Source: Promethearchaeota archaeon | Lineage (GTDB): Archaea > Asgardarchaeota > Lokiarchaeia > Sigyniarchaeales > SOKP01 | Reading direction: 5' to 3' | DNA length: 64,000 bases | NCBI GenBank assembly: GCA_048938025.1 | Contig: JBHLMP010000002.1 | Coordinates: 62,088 to 126,087 of the forward strand | Shown here: positions 1 through 9,465 of the stretch, in pieces | How the letters are laid out: each line of letters starts with the position of its first letter | Position numbering within the stretch: position 1 is the stretch's first letter | Made by a program: the position numbers and the translations under genes | The notes under the pieces: model-generated | Seen by the model: only the letters and a program-made list of their open reading frames with translations | The model's database searches: none | What the model was told of the DNA's origin: nothing

Positions 1-2
1 TG

Positions 3-797
3 ACAGATTTTGATGATAAATTGAAAGCGAATCCAGATACCATCCCAGCAGAGTTTTTATATAGTGTGATTATCTTTTCTGTTCTGCCTTTAATATTATT
101 TTACTTAACAACCTTTTTAATACAAATAGAGCCTCATTTTAAAATAAAATCAAAGATGATCCAAAATTTAAAAATTATTTTAAAGAATAGGAATTTCTTG
201 CTAGTTACAATTATGCAGGGTATATGTTCTGTCGCATTTATAATGATAGGTCAAACCATGTTATTATTTACTGAAAAAGTCTTAAAATTAAAGGATATGG
301 ATTATTATATAGTAGCAGGTTTAATGGTTATTGGTATTATTACAGCTATCTATCTCTGGAGAAAACTAATAGAGCATTTTGGTAAAAAAAAAACTCTCTT
401 ATACGTTTTTCTATCAGCAATTATTTTCCTTCCAACGACTTTAATAGGGGCGATTCCAATGGATTCTTATCTAATTTTTGGGATTATTTTTATTCTTGGA
501 ATAGCAGCATGTTTAGGAGGATGGTTTCTCTTTCCTAATATTATGTATGCTGACATTGCTGAAGATGATGAAAAAGAAACAGGAGAACTGAGAGCAGGGA
601 TATATATGGGATTTCCAAGTATAACTCTTAATATTTTTCAAGCAATTGGGTTACTTTTATTAGGCTTTATATTGGATTTGCCAAAAGGCTTAGGCTTTCT
701 GATCTGGGGGCCCATTTGCTCAATTATTCTAATTATAGCTTATCTCTATACTGAACGGTTTATAAAAATTGATTTTGATTGGGAAAAACATAAATAA
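3..797 (+). CDS. MFS transporter, GPH/MelB-like sugar symporter (5'-partial)
   Basis: Multiple TM segments and GPH-type motifs (GKKKTL loop, MYADIAEDDEKETGELRAGIYMG). The frame is open to the window edge. Confidence 0.8.
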   Translation, partial: TDFDDKLKANPDTIPAEFLYSVIIFSVLPLILFYLTTFLIQIEPHFKIKSKMIQNLKIILKNRNFLLVTIMQGICSVAFIMIGQTMLLFTEKVLKLKDMDYYIVAGLMVIGIITAIYLWRKLIEHFGKKKTLLYVFLSAIIFLPTTLIGAIPMDSYLIFGIIFILGIAACLGGWFLFPNIMYADIAEDDEKETGELRAGIYMGFPSITLNIFQAIGLLLLGFILDLPKGLGFLIWGPICSIILIIAYLYTERFIKIDFDWEKHK

Positions 798-854
798 AAA
801 TTTATGCAACCTTCCTTTTTTTTTATATAATTAATTTTCAAAGGTTGATATAAA

Positions 855-1709
855 TTGGAATGTGAACTTAAGCGAATTAAAATTTACTATGAAATATACG
901 GCGAAGGACATCCAATTCTTATGATTCATGGTTTTATGCCTGATCATCGGTTAATGAAAGGATGCATGGAACCCATTTTTAAAGATAGACCAAACTATAA
1001 ACGTATTTATTTTGATTTACCAGGAATGGGAAAAACTAAAAGTAAACAATGGATAAAAAATTCTGATCAAATATTCGAACTAGTCTTAGAATTTATAGAC
1101 AAGATAATTCCAAATCAATCGTTTATAATTGCTAGTGAATCATATGGATGTTATTTAGCACGTGGGCTTATCTACAAAAGAATGAAATTTATCGATGGAG
1201 TATTATTTTTATGTCCTCTTATAATACCTCAACCCTCAAAGCGTTCTCTACCAGAACCTATAACTCTGAAAGAAGATAGAAAACTTCTTTCAAAATTAAG
1301 TTCTCAAGACAGGGAAGAGTTTAAAGGTACGGCAGTAGTCCAAAATCAAAGAATTTGGGAAAGGTTTAAGGAGGAAGTTTTAAATGGTATTAGGATTGCA
1401 GATGATGAATTTTTAAACGAGATATTTGAAAAAGGTTATGCATTTTCTTTTGATGTTGATAAGTTAATTTTGAGATTCGATAAACCTACATTATTTCTAC
1501 TAGGAAGACAAGATATTAGTGTGGGTTATAGAGACGCATGGAACACCATTGAACAATACCCTCGAGCTACTTTTGCCATCTTAGATGAAGCAGGACATAT
1601 TCTTGAAATTGAAAAAGAAATACTATTTAATTATTTAGTTAATGAGTGGTTAGATCGGGTTGAATATTATATTTCTTCAGAAATACAACAAAATAAAGAT
1701 AGAAAATAA
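855..1709 (+). CDS. alpha/beta fold hydrolase
   Basis: HGF oxyanion motif, DLPGMGKT, nucleophile elbow SESYG, late catalytic His (AGH). TTG start with AGGTTGA Shine-Dalgarno. Confidence 0.85.
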   Translation: MECELKRIKIYYEIYGEGHPILMIHGFMPDHRLMKGCMEPIFKDRPNYKRIYFDLPGMGKTKSKQWIKNSDQIFELVLEFIDKIIPNQSFIIASESYGCYLARGLIYKRMKFIDGVLFLCPLIIPQPSKRSLPEPITLKEDRKLLSKLSSQDREEFKGTAVVQNQRIWERFKEEVLNGIRIADDEFLNEIFEKGYAFSFDVDKLILRFDKPTLFLLGRQDISVGYRDAWNTIEQYPRATFAILDEAGHILEIEKEILFNYLVNEWLDRVEYYISSEIQQNKDRK

Positions 1710-1743
1710 AAATAAGAATTTTGTTTTTGATCTTTTAATCAAA

Positions 1744-2577
1744 TTATTTCTTCTTTATAATGATGTAAATTAGACACACTATAGCTAGAGTAGTTGTCCC
1801 TATTAAGAAAGTAAAGCTGAAACCAGGAATAGCCGATTCTTTGGAGGGAAATTTATGCTCCGCTTCTGTTTCATAAATTACACTACTTTCATTATTCTGT
1901 AATTTATAACCAATAAATGCACCAGAGTCGCTATCAAATGTGTAATTTATAGTATAATTTGTTAAAAACCAAGTAGGATCAAGTGGAGGTATCGCGTTCT
2001 CAACGGTTAGAATGAACTCATTGATTGTATGACCTGAAGACCAATTTAATTCCGCTAAGTAACTATTCGCAGGTATTGGGAGGAAATAAAAATGCTCTAT
2101 AATAGAAACGCTACCACTCACCCAAAAATCAAGTATAGAAACATTTCTTCCATTGTTAGCTGAAAGTGCTTGAACATCGTGAGGATCATATAAGGTATAA
2201 TAAGAATCTGGAAATGGGGTTACTGATTCAAACCCTGTAGTTGTCCAAGGCCATTGTCTAGTATAAATCTGGAAAGCAGACATATAACCTAATCCATAAT
2301 CTATAGATACACTAGAAAGAAAATTTTCTATTTCCCATTTCATTTTCGCTCCAAGTTGATTCCAGCCTACACCAAATTGAGTATTTCCTTTTGTAACGTA
2401 GTCAGGACCTAAAACCTCTTCTAAACCTGTAGGATCAAAAGAGACAACCTCCCAAATTATCTCACTACCTTTCTTTACTCCAGCTTGATATGTTGGATAT
2501 TGAGCTCTTACACTCAAATTAAAAGCTACAATCGATAATAATACTAATCCTATAAGAAAATATTTTGATTTTTTCAT
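1744..2577 (-). CDS. Secreted/surface protein with Loki-CTERM-like C-terminal anchor
   Basis: N-terminal signal peptide (MKKSK plus hydrophobic stretch), several N-x-S/T sequons, C-terminal IPGF, TM helix and KKK. Confidence 0.75.
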   Translation of the reverse strand: MKKSKYFLIGLVLLSIVAFNLSVRAQYPTYQAGVKKGSEIIWEVVSFDPTGLEEVLGPDYVTKGNTQFGVGWNQLGAKMKWEIENFLSSVSIDYGLGYMSAFQIYTRQWPWTTTGFESVTPFPDSYYTLYDPHDVQALSANNGRNVSILDFWVSGSVSIIEHFYFLPIPANSYLAELNWSSGHTINEFILTVENAIPPLDPTWFLTNYTINYTFDSDSGAFIGYKLQNNESSVIYETEAEHKFPSKESAIPGFSFTFLIGTTTLAIVCLIYIIIKKK

Positions 2578-2695
2578 TTTTTTATATACTCCAATTAATC
2601 TCTTTTTTCATTTTTGGATTCGATTTATTAAATATATGTTAATTTTCTATATAAATATTTAATTTTTGGAAATTATTGGATGATGGTGAATTATT

Positions 2696-2767
2696 ATGGA
2701 ATTCAAGCTTGAAAAGATAAACTTCTACTATGAGATTTTTGGTAGAGTCGAGGAAGTTATTAAATAG
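2696..2767 (+). pseudogene. N-terminal remnant of an alpha/beta hydrolase paralog
   Basis: MEFKLEKINFYYEIFGRVEEVIK* aligns with MECELKRIKIYYEIYGEG of ORF 855. A GATGGTGA SD lies upstream. The fragment runs into the end of the epimerase gene. Confidence 0.6.
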
Positions 2768-3887
2768 TTATATGTTTTAGATCTTCAAGAAAATCTTCTT
2801 TAATATCAGCGCCATGACCGGGAAAATCTGGTATGATTATTTTTCCGTTATTCTTTACATCATATTCTATTCCGCCTACGATTGGGTCTTCCTTATGCAT
2901 GAGAGCTGCATCTAAATCTACAAATACAATGTTGGGACATGCAGATACTAAATGAGCTCCAGCAGTTAAACCGAGGCGAGATTCATTGAAACATCCAATC
3001 ATACATTTTATTCCACAACTTAGAGCTATAGCGTTTATCTTTAAAGCAGTAGATATTCCTCCAGATTTGCCTAATTTTATATTCAAATAATCACATGCAC
3101 CCATCGAAGCCAGTTTAAATGCGTCGTGATGATCGAATATGGATTCATCAGCACAAATTGGAGCTAAACCTGTTTTTCTTAATCGTTTCATATTTTCATA
3201 ATCCCAGAATGGCAAAGGTTGTTCTGCATATTCTAGATTATACGGTTCTATAGCTTTTAAAACCTGCACTGCTGTAGGATAATCCCATCCTTGGTTAGCA
3301 TCGGTTCGGATTGATATATCTTCGCTAATCTCTTTCCTAATTGTTTTAACAAGGTTAATATCCAAATCTTTATTCAAACCAACCTTCAATTTCAATGTAG
3401 AGAACCCCATATTAATTACCTCTTTAACCTTATCTATGGCTATTTCTAAATTTTCTTGGATTCCTATTGAGTAGTCAGTATTAATAATCCTTTTTTCACC
3501 ACCTAATACCCTATAAAGAGGTAATCCTGTAGCTTTGCCAATTATATCATAAAGAGCTAAATTAAAGGCTGATTTTATTTGGGTTTGTCTATTAATAGCT
3601 AGATCAATATCTCTCATCCGAGCTTCTATCGCTAACGGATCTTTGCCTTTAATAAATTTAGCGATATGAATACCTGCTTCATAAGCACTTGCTTGGGTAT
3701 CACCAGTTATTCGCGGAGAAGGACATGCCTCTCCGACTCCATAAATATCATTATCGGTATTAATTCGAACTAAGATGTTATCTGCTTCATAGACTGTACC
3801 TAATGAGATTTTAAATGGAAATTTTAATGGAATATTGAGTTTAAAGATTTCAATATCACTTATTTTGAGTAAATTATATGGATTCAT
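2760..3887 (-). CDS. Dipeptide epimerase (L-Ala-D/L-Glu epimerase), enolase superfamily MLE subgroup
   Basis: KLKVG, DANQGW, EQP, ADES, NIKLGK and DLD motifs. Confidence 0.85.
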   Translation of the reverse strand: MNPYNLLKISDIEIFKLNIPLKFPFKISLGTVYEADNILVRINTDNDIYGVGEACPSPRITGDTQASAYEAGIHIAKFIKGKDPLAIEARMRDIDLAINRQTQIKSAFNLALYDIIGKATGLPLYRVLGGEKRIINTDYSIGIQENLEIAIDKVKEVINMGFSTLKLKVGLNKDLDINLVKTIRKEISEDISIRTDANQGWDYPTAVQVLKAIEPYNLEYAEQPLPFWDYENMKRLRKTGLAPICADESIFDHHDAFKLASMGACDYLNIKLGKSGGISTALKINAIALSCGIKCMIGCFNESRLGLTAGAHLVSACPNIVFVDLDAALMHKEDPIVGGIEYDVKNNGKIIIPDFPGHGADIKEDFLEDLKHITI

Positions 3888-3982
3888 TTTTAATAATAAT
3901 TATATTAAAAATTTAATTTTTTTCTATCGAAATCAAAAATTAAAAAGGTTCTTAACTTAATATCATCTTAGTATCTTTTTAA

Positions 3983-5383
3983 ATGGTGAAATATGTGAGC
4001 GAAAATCAAATTGAATTATTTGAACTAGAAATAGCAGAATTAATGAGAGAATTTAAAATCCCCGGTCTTGCAATTGGAATTGTTAAAGATGGAAAACCTT
4101 TTTATGTTAAAGGGTTTGGAGCGAGAAATTTAGAAAAGAATCTTCCATTCACAGAGAACACATTATTTGGAATTGGGTCTATCTCAAAATCGTTTACAGC
4201 AATGGCAATAATGCAACTAATGGAGCAAGGGAAAATTAATCTACAAGATTCTTTAAATAAGTATTTAAATTTTAGACTAGGAGATCACGAAAATCCAATA
4301 AATTTATGTCATATGCTTTCTCATTCCTCAGGAATTCCTGAATTAGATGGAAATGTTACAGCAATAGCACGGCAACTGGGTTCAATTGATGCTATTATTC
4401 CTATAAGTAGCTGGGATGATTTTCTTCTTCACTTGAATGGAGCAACTAAAGAAATTTTTAATAAACCAGACAAAAATTTCTTCTATAATAATGATATGTT
4501 TACATGTGCGGGTTTAATAATTGAAAAACTAACAGATATGAAATTTAATGAATATATTAAAAATTTCATTCTAAAACCTCTTGAAATGAATAGATCTACC
4601 TATTTAAAAGCAGAGTTTGAGAAAGATAACGATATTTTAACTGGATATCTTCCTTCTGAAGAAAAAAAGCCTTTTAAAGCCAGTATGCATCCATTCGACA
4701 AGTTAATCTATGCTCCTGGAGGTTTATTGAGTTCGGTTAAAGAAATGCAAAATTATATTATTATGTTGATTAATGAAGGGAGGTTTAATGATTCGGAAAT
4801 TGTTCAAAAATCTTCAATAGAAGAAATGTGGAAACCTTATATAAAATCACCAATTGGCGCTGGAGATGCTTGGTATGGTTATGGTTGGATAATAGAAAAA
4901 GACTTTGTTGGACACCGATTAATATGTCATGGTGGAAATGTGGCAACTTCAACAGCTTTTTTGGCAATTATTCCAGATCAGAAGATGGGCGTTATTATAG
5001 GAGCGAATTGTGATGCATCGGTAGTTATTGGTGCGATTGCTCGTAAATATCTTGGAATTCTCCTTGATAAAAATATTGACGAAGCCGCTCCATTTTTCAA
5101 TGTTCATAAAAAATTAAAATCACTAACGGGGAAATATAAAACCTATAAAGAAATTCAAATAATAGAAGTATCTCTTAATAATGGTATGCTATTCTTGAAT
5201 CTTGAAGATCAAATTGAACCTAAGCCAATAAACTTGCCACTTGCTCTTGAAAATTTGGAGGAATTGAAATTTTTCGTTCCAGTCCTTTATCCAGACCAAG
5301 AAATAAAAGTACAATTTTTTGTCGATGAGCAAGCAAAAAAAGTGGATTTAATATTTGATCGGTATTATTTCCACAAAATCTAA
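3983..5383 (+). CDS. Serine hydrolase, beta-lactamase/Pab87 (D-stereospecific peptidase) family
   Basis: SxxK (GSISKSFT), YxN (FYNN), HGG, LSHSSG, plus a C-terminal extension like Pab87. Confidence 0.85.
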   Translation: MVKYVSENQIELFELEIAELMREFKIPGLAIGIVKDGKPFYVKGFGARNLEKNLPFTENTLFGIGSISKSFTAMAIMQLMEQGKINLQDSLNKYLNFRLGDHENPINLCHMLSHSSGIPELDGNVTAIARQLGSIDAIIPISSWDDFLLHLNGATKEIFNKPDKNFFYNNDMFTCAGLIIEKLTDMKFNEYIKNFILKPLEMNRSTYLKAEFEKDNDILTGYLPSEEKKPFKASMHPFDKLIYAPGGLLSSVKEMQNYIIMLINEGRFNDSEIVQKSSIEEMWKPYIKSPIGAGDAWYGYGWIIEKDFVGHRLICHGGNVATSTAFLAIIPDQKMGVIIGANCDASVVIGAIARKYLGILLDKNIDEAAPFFNVHKKLKSLTGKYKTYKEIQIIEVSLNNGMLFLNLEDQIEPKPINLPLALENLEELKFFVPVLYPDQEIKVQFFVDEQAKKVDLIFDRYYFHKI

Positions 5384-5395
5384 ATCTTATTTTAT

Positions 5396-6451
5396 TTATT
5401 CTATTTCCTTAGGTTCTTCTCTAGGTAATCTTTCATTAACGGGCAATATTGATTTAAATGCTTTATGAGGTTCTGTCTGATACCAATAAACAGTAGAGGA
5501 CCAATCATCTGAACGTTGATTTGCATGACCATGCTCTATTTTAACTTTGATATTTTTATGGAAATATATAGGATCTTCAATATGATATCTGTAATAGGAA
5601 ATTTTTCCACTCCAATTCTTCCCACCTGGTAAAGGAATCCCAAAATAAGGGGAACAATAATATTGGGTAGGACACCATGCGCCACAAAAATAGTCCTCTG
5701 TTCCAGTACCAAAAAGTACTATTTCACCATCATCAATTTCAATATAATCATCTCCCTCACCTGGCCAATTATGCTTTTCTGTTTCATATAAATTATGGAT
5801 ATCCAAGTGACATCCAACATAATGTCCCTGACCTTCTGCTTCTAATAATATAAAATCATTTTGATGAGTAGGATTTTTTTTAAAAAAAGTTTCCTTAAAT
5901 TTTTGAGTTTTATAATTTTTACCACTACATGGATTTTGACGATTCCAATAAACATGAAATTTTCCTAATGAAGAATCTAATTCATTATATTCCTCATAGT
6001 CAATATAGTAATAATTCACAAGTTTTTCATTTGTTTCATTTTCAACCTCAATTTTTGCATTTTTAGCGAAAGGCATTGGAAACCAACAATTAAAGCCTTT
6101 ACCCTCCTCAGGTCCCATAGAAAGTGGCAAACTCCAAAAGTTTACTGATTTAGCATGTCCTACTCCAAAAAAATCGCCAATGGGAGACTCTACGGAAGGA
6201 TATTCTTCATTATCCCACCACATCCGTATAATAACTTTCCTAAGATATAATGGATCCCTTGATGCTAAGGTCATCCAGATATGTTTTATAATTCCTGTTC
6301 CTCTAATATTACAAAGCACTTGTTTTTCCATTGGATTTATAGTAATAAAGTCCATATTTGCACCAGACTTATCATAACTAGAAATTCGCCTCCTTTTAAC
6401 ATCCTTTTTTATTTTTGCGAGATTATTTATAGAAGATATTCTAATTTCCAT
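5396..6451 (-). CDS. DUF2961 / GH172 glycoside hydrolase
   Basis: SSYD, P(I)GDFFG, FNCWFPMPF, EGDD, GTGTEDYF, YRYHIEDPIYF and EHGHAN motifs. Confidence 0.85.
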   Translation of the reverse strand: MEIRISSINNLAKIKKDVKRRRISSYDKSGANMDFITINPMEKQVLCNIRGTGIIKHIWMTLASRDPLYLRKVIIRMWWDNEEYPSVESPIGDFFGVGHAKSVNFWSLPLSMGPEEGKGFNCWFPMPFAKNAKIEVENETNEKLVNYYYIDYEEYNELDSSLGKFHVYWNRQNPCSGKNYKTQKFKETFFKKNPTHQNDFILLEAEGQGHYVGCHLDIHNLYETEKHNWPGEGDDYIEIDDGEIVLFGTGTEDYFCGAWCPTQYYCSPYFGIPLPGGKNWSGKISYYRYHIEDPIYFHKNIKVKIEHGHANQRSDDWSSTVYWYQTEPHKAFKSILPVNERLPREEPKEIE

Positions 6452-6537
6452 TTATCCCAACCTATTCTAATAATAATTAAATGGAAAAAGAAAAGAGTAT
6501 AAAAAAACTTATTTTTTTCTAATTAATAGATTTTAAC

Positions 6538-6954
6538 TTATTCTCCTTGAATTTGAACGAAAACTCGTCTATTCCGAGGTCCATCATATTCAGCAAACAT
6601 TATACCCTGCCAGGTCCCAAGCATTAATCTTTTCTTATGGATTAATAGTTCAATCGAATGCCCTGTAAGGGAACATTTAATGTGGGCATCAGAGTTTCCC
6701 TCTCTATGCTTAAAAGAGTAGCCTAATCCTCCACCATTCGGGATTAGTTTGCCTAAATAATTACTAATATCCTTTATTACCGAAGGATCTGCGTTTTCAT
6801 TAATAGTTATACCAGCAGTAGTATGAGGGACAAAAACTCTACAAACTCCTTCTTCAACATTTGAATCTCTAAAAATCTTACGGATCTCATTTGTAATATC
6901 TAAAAGAATTTCTCTTTCTGGGGTTTTTATTCTAAATTCCTCAAATAATATCAT
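6538..6954 (-). CDS. yjbQ: YjbQ/UPF0047 family protein
   Basis: PHTTAGITINEN, EGNSDAHIK, LGTWQGIMFAEYDGPR. Confidence 0.9.
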   Translation of the reverse strand: MILFEEFRIKTPEREILLDITNEIRKIFRDSNVEEGVCRVFVPHTTAGITINENADPSVIKDISNYLGKLIPNGGGLGYSFKHREGNSDAHIKCSLTGHSIELLIHKKRLMLGTWQGIMFAEYDGPRNRRVFVQIQGE

Positions 6955-7000
6955 TATATCACCAAGTTTTAATTAATCTATAAAAGTTTAAATTAATTTC

Positions 7001-7768
7001 CTAATCATTAAAAGAACCGTGTTTTCCTTTACCTCCTGTGAAAGCAATACTTCCTTTCAAATATTCACCACTCTCCAGAGTTTTTAATCCATATTCAAAT
7101 TCATTACCCATAGCATCTTCTATATTTAGATTAAATTGCTCATAAGTGGATAGTCGATCATTTCTCATGCAAGTTTTTGGAAAAGCAGCTATTTCTCTTG
7201 CTAACTTCTCTGCTTCTTGTCTTGATTGCCCTTCCTCAACAATCTTATTGGCGAGACCCCATGAATATGCTTCTTCGGCTGTTATTGGGCGTCCAGTAAG
7301 AATCATATCCATAGCTCGACTTAATCCTATGAGTCGAGGTAAGCGTACAGTTCCTCCATCAACTAACGGGACACCAAATCTACGATTAAACACACCAAAT
7401 ATAGTATTCTTCTCAACAACGCGTATATCACACCATAATGCAAGTTCAAGACCACCAGCAACAGCATATCCTGCTACAGCGGCAATTACAGGTTTAGATA
7501 ATCTCATCCTGGTAGGCCCCATAGGACCATCTCCTTCTTTCTCGATTAGATTTCCATAACCATCAACAATCGCTTTTAAATTAGCACCAGAACAAAAGGT
7601 TCCATTATCACCCCAAAGAATAGCTACTTCAGCTTTTTCATCCTTCTCAAATTCTCGAAATGCATCAGCGAGCGCTTTTGCTGTAGGACCATCTACTGCA
7701 TTTTTAACTTTAGGATTATTTATAATAACCGTATATATAGGATATTTCCTTTCAATCATAACTACCAT
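7001..7768 (-). CDS. Enoyl-CoA hydratase/isomerase (crotonase family)
   Basis: FCSGANL, KPVIAAVAGYAVAGGLELALWCD, RLPRLIG, LTGR. Confidence 0.9.
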   Translation of the reverse strand: MVVMIERKYPIYTVIINNPKVKNAVDGPTAKALADAFREFEKDEKAEVAILWGDNGTFCSGANLKAIVDGYGNLIEKEGDGPMGPTRMRLSKPVIAAVAGYAVAGGLELALWCDIRVVEKNTIFGVFNRRFGVPLVDGGTVRLPRLIGLSRAMDMILTGRPITAEEAYSWGLANKIVEEGQSRQEAEKLAREIAAFPKTCMRNDRLSTYEQFNLNIEDAMGNEFEYGLKTLESGEYLKGSIAFTGGKGKHGSFND

Positions 7769-8146
7769 GGAAAAAAATAAATTTTTAGAAATAAAAAATT
7801 TTTTTCTATTTTTAGATTATTCTTTAAAAGTTATGTTTATAGATTTATTAATTTAGATTACTTTTTTTATTGACTCAGATTAAATCAAATATTATCTCTA
7901 GTTTGATTTTGAGAGATTGCTACAAATTTAATTTAATCTGTTCAATAAATTTCTTTAAGCATTAAAGATCACTTCTAATAATTATACTTATTAATCAGCT
8001 TTAATAATTACAGACGAATCGGTTAAACTTATATATGATGCAGATTATTCAACTCAATATCGAATTAATTAATTATTTTATTGAAAAAATAGATAGTTAT
8101 TTTATTAAAAAATAAGAAAACTTTTAATAATTAAAGGTCGGAAAAA

Positions 8147-9172
8147 ATGGTTATAAAAACCAATATAACTGAAATGTTAGGCATTAAACATCCTATAATT
8201 GCAGCACCAATGGGACCCTTTTACACAACAAAACTAACAATAGCTGTTTCTGAGGCCGGTGGTTTAGGTGTTTTAAGCCATATAACATTAAGTGAAGGAG
8301 TTACGTTAAACCAAATAAAAGAAAGTATGAAAACAGTAGTTGACTATACTGATAAGCCTTTTGGACTGAATATTAGAACAGCAACACTACAACCTGATGC
8401 GATAAAATTATGTAGACAAATTCCAAGATTTATAATGAATAATCCTAAAATCAAGGATCAATGTAATTATTTAATTACTAGCGCAGGATCTCCAAAATTA
8501 TTATACAACAAGTATTTTCAGGCATTGAAAGAATGTTCAAATATTAAGCATTTTCATGTAATACCTTCCTTAATGCTAGCTAAAAAAGTAATAAAGTATG
8601 GAGTTGATGGAGTGGTCGCAACTGGACATGAAGGTGGTGGTCATCAATCATATGAAAATACAAGCACATTAATTCTATTACAACAAATTAGAAAAGAATT
8701 ACCAGAAGTTCCTGTGATTGCCTGTGGAGGGTATGCTACTGGAGAAGGATTAGCATCAGCTTTAGCGATGGGAGCTGGGGCTATTTCAATGGGAACAAGA
8801 TTTATTGCATCAAAGGAATGTGAATTCCATGAAAATTATAAAAGTAAGGTCAAAAGTTCAACTGTATCTGATATTAAATTAGTTACAGGGGTTTTTGGAC
8901 CTGCTCGAGTATTGAAGAATAGTTATACGGAAAACAGTACTACAGTTTCAAATAAAACAGAAAAAAGAGCTGAAGAAACATCAATCTCAGTTATAAGAGA
9001 GGATGTAATTAGATTAGAAAAAGCCTATAAGGGAAATGTCGATGACGGTATTGTTCTTTTAGGACAGAGTTGTGGGTTGGTAGATGATATTAATAGTGTC
9101 TCAGACATTATTAATTCAATTGTATATAATGCTGAGGAATGTTTAAAGAGTGCATACAACATGATAACATAA
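8147..9172 (+). CDS. Nitronate monooxygenase / FabK-like FMN oxidoreductase
   Basis: PII.APM, AVSEAGGLG, GHEGGGH, PVIACGG, MGTRF, GQSCGL. Confidence 0.85.
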   Translation: MVIKTNITEMLGIKHPIIAAPMGPFYTTKLTIAVSEAGGLGVLSHITLSEGVTLNQIKESMKTVVDYTDKPFGLNIRTATLQPDAIKLCRQIPRFIMNNPKIKDQCNYLITSAGSPKLLYNKYFQALKECSNIKHFHVIPSLMLAKKVIKYGVDGVVATGHEGGGHQSYENTSTLILLQQIRKELPEVPVIACGGYATGEGLASALAMGAGAISMGTRFIASKECEFHENYKSKVKSSTVSDIKLVTGVFGPARVLKNSYTENSTTVSNKTEKRAEETSISVIREDVIRLEKAYKGNVDDGIVLLGQSCGLVDDINSVSDIINSIVYNAEECLKSAYNMIT

Positions 9173-9206
9173 GTTTATAATTAAGAAAACCGAGGGATTT
9201 AAAAAA

Positions 9207-9422
9207 ATGTCTGATTCCGTGGTTATGTCAATCTTTCAAAAAACTAATATCGCAGAAATAAATAGCATGAGATTATTCGATTATGAAAATTCTCTATATA
9301 ATTATTTTAGTGACAATAATAGTTCAAACTTTTGTCAACGGTATTTTAAATGGTTTGAACATACTAAATTTGATAAAACCAATAATTCTTTCTTAAGTGA
9401 TTTTGAAAAAAATTTTATGTGA
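9207..9422 (+). CDS. Hypothetical small protein
   Basis: 71-codon ORF with ATG and an upstream GAGGGA. No recognisable motif. Confidence 0.35.
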   Translation: MSDSVVMSIFQKTNIAEINSMRLFDYENSLYNYFSDNNSSNFCQRYFKWFEHTKFDKTNNSFLSDFEKNFM

Positions 9423-9465
9423 AATTAGAATTAATTGAAGGAAAAAAAGTATTAATTAAAAAATT

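Noticed and set aside
7800-8100. Long intergenic region with a possible decayed minus-strand frame
   Set aside because: Multiple stops and no assignable similarity or structure.
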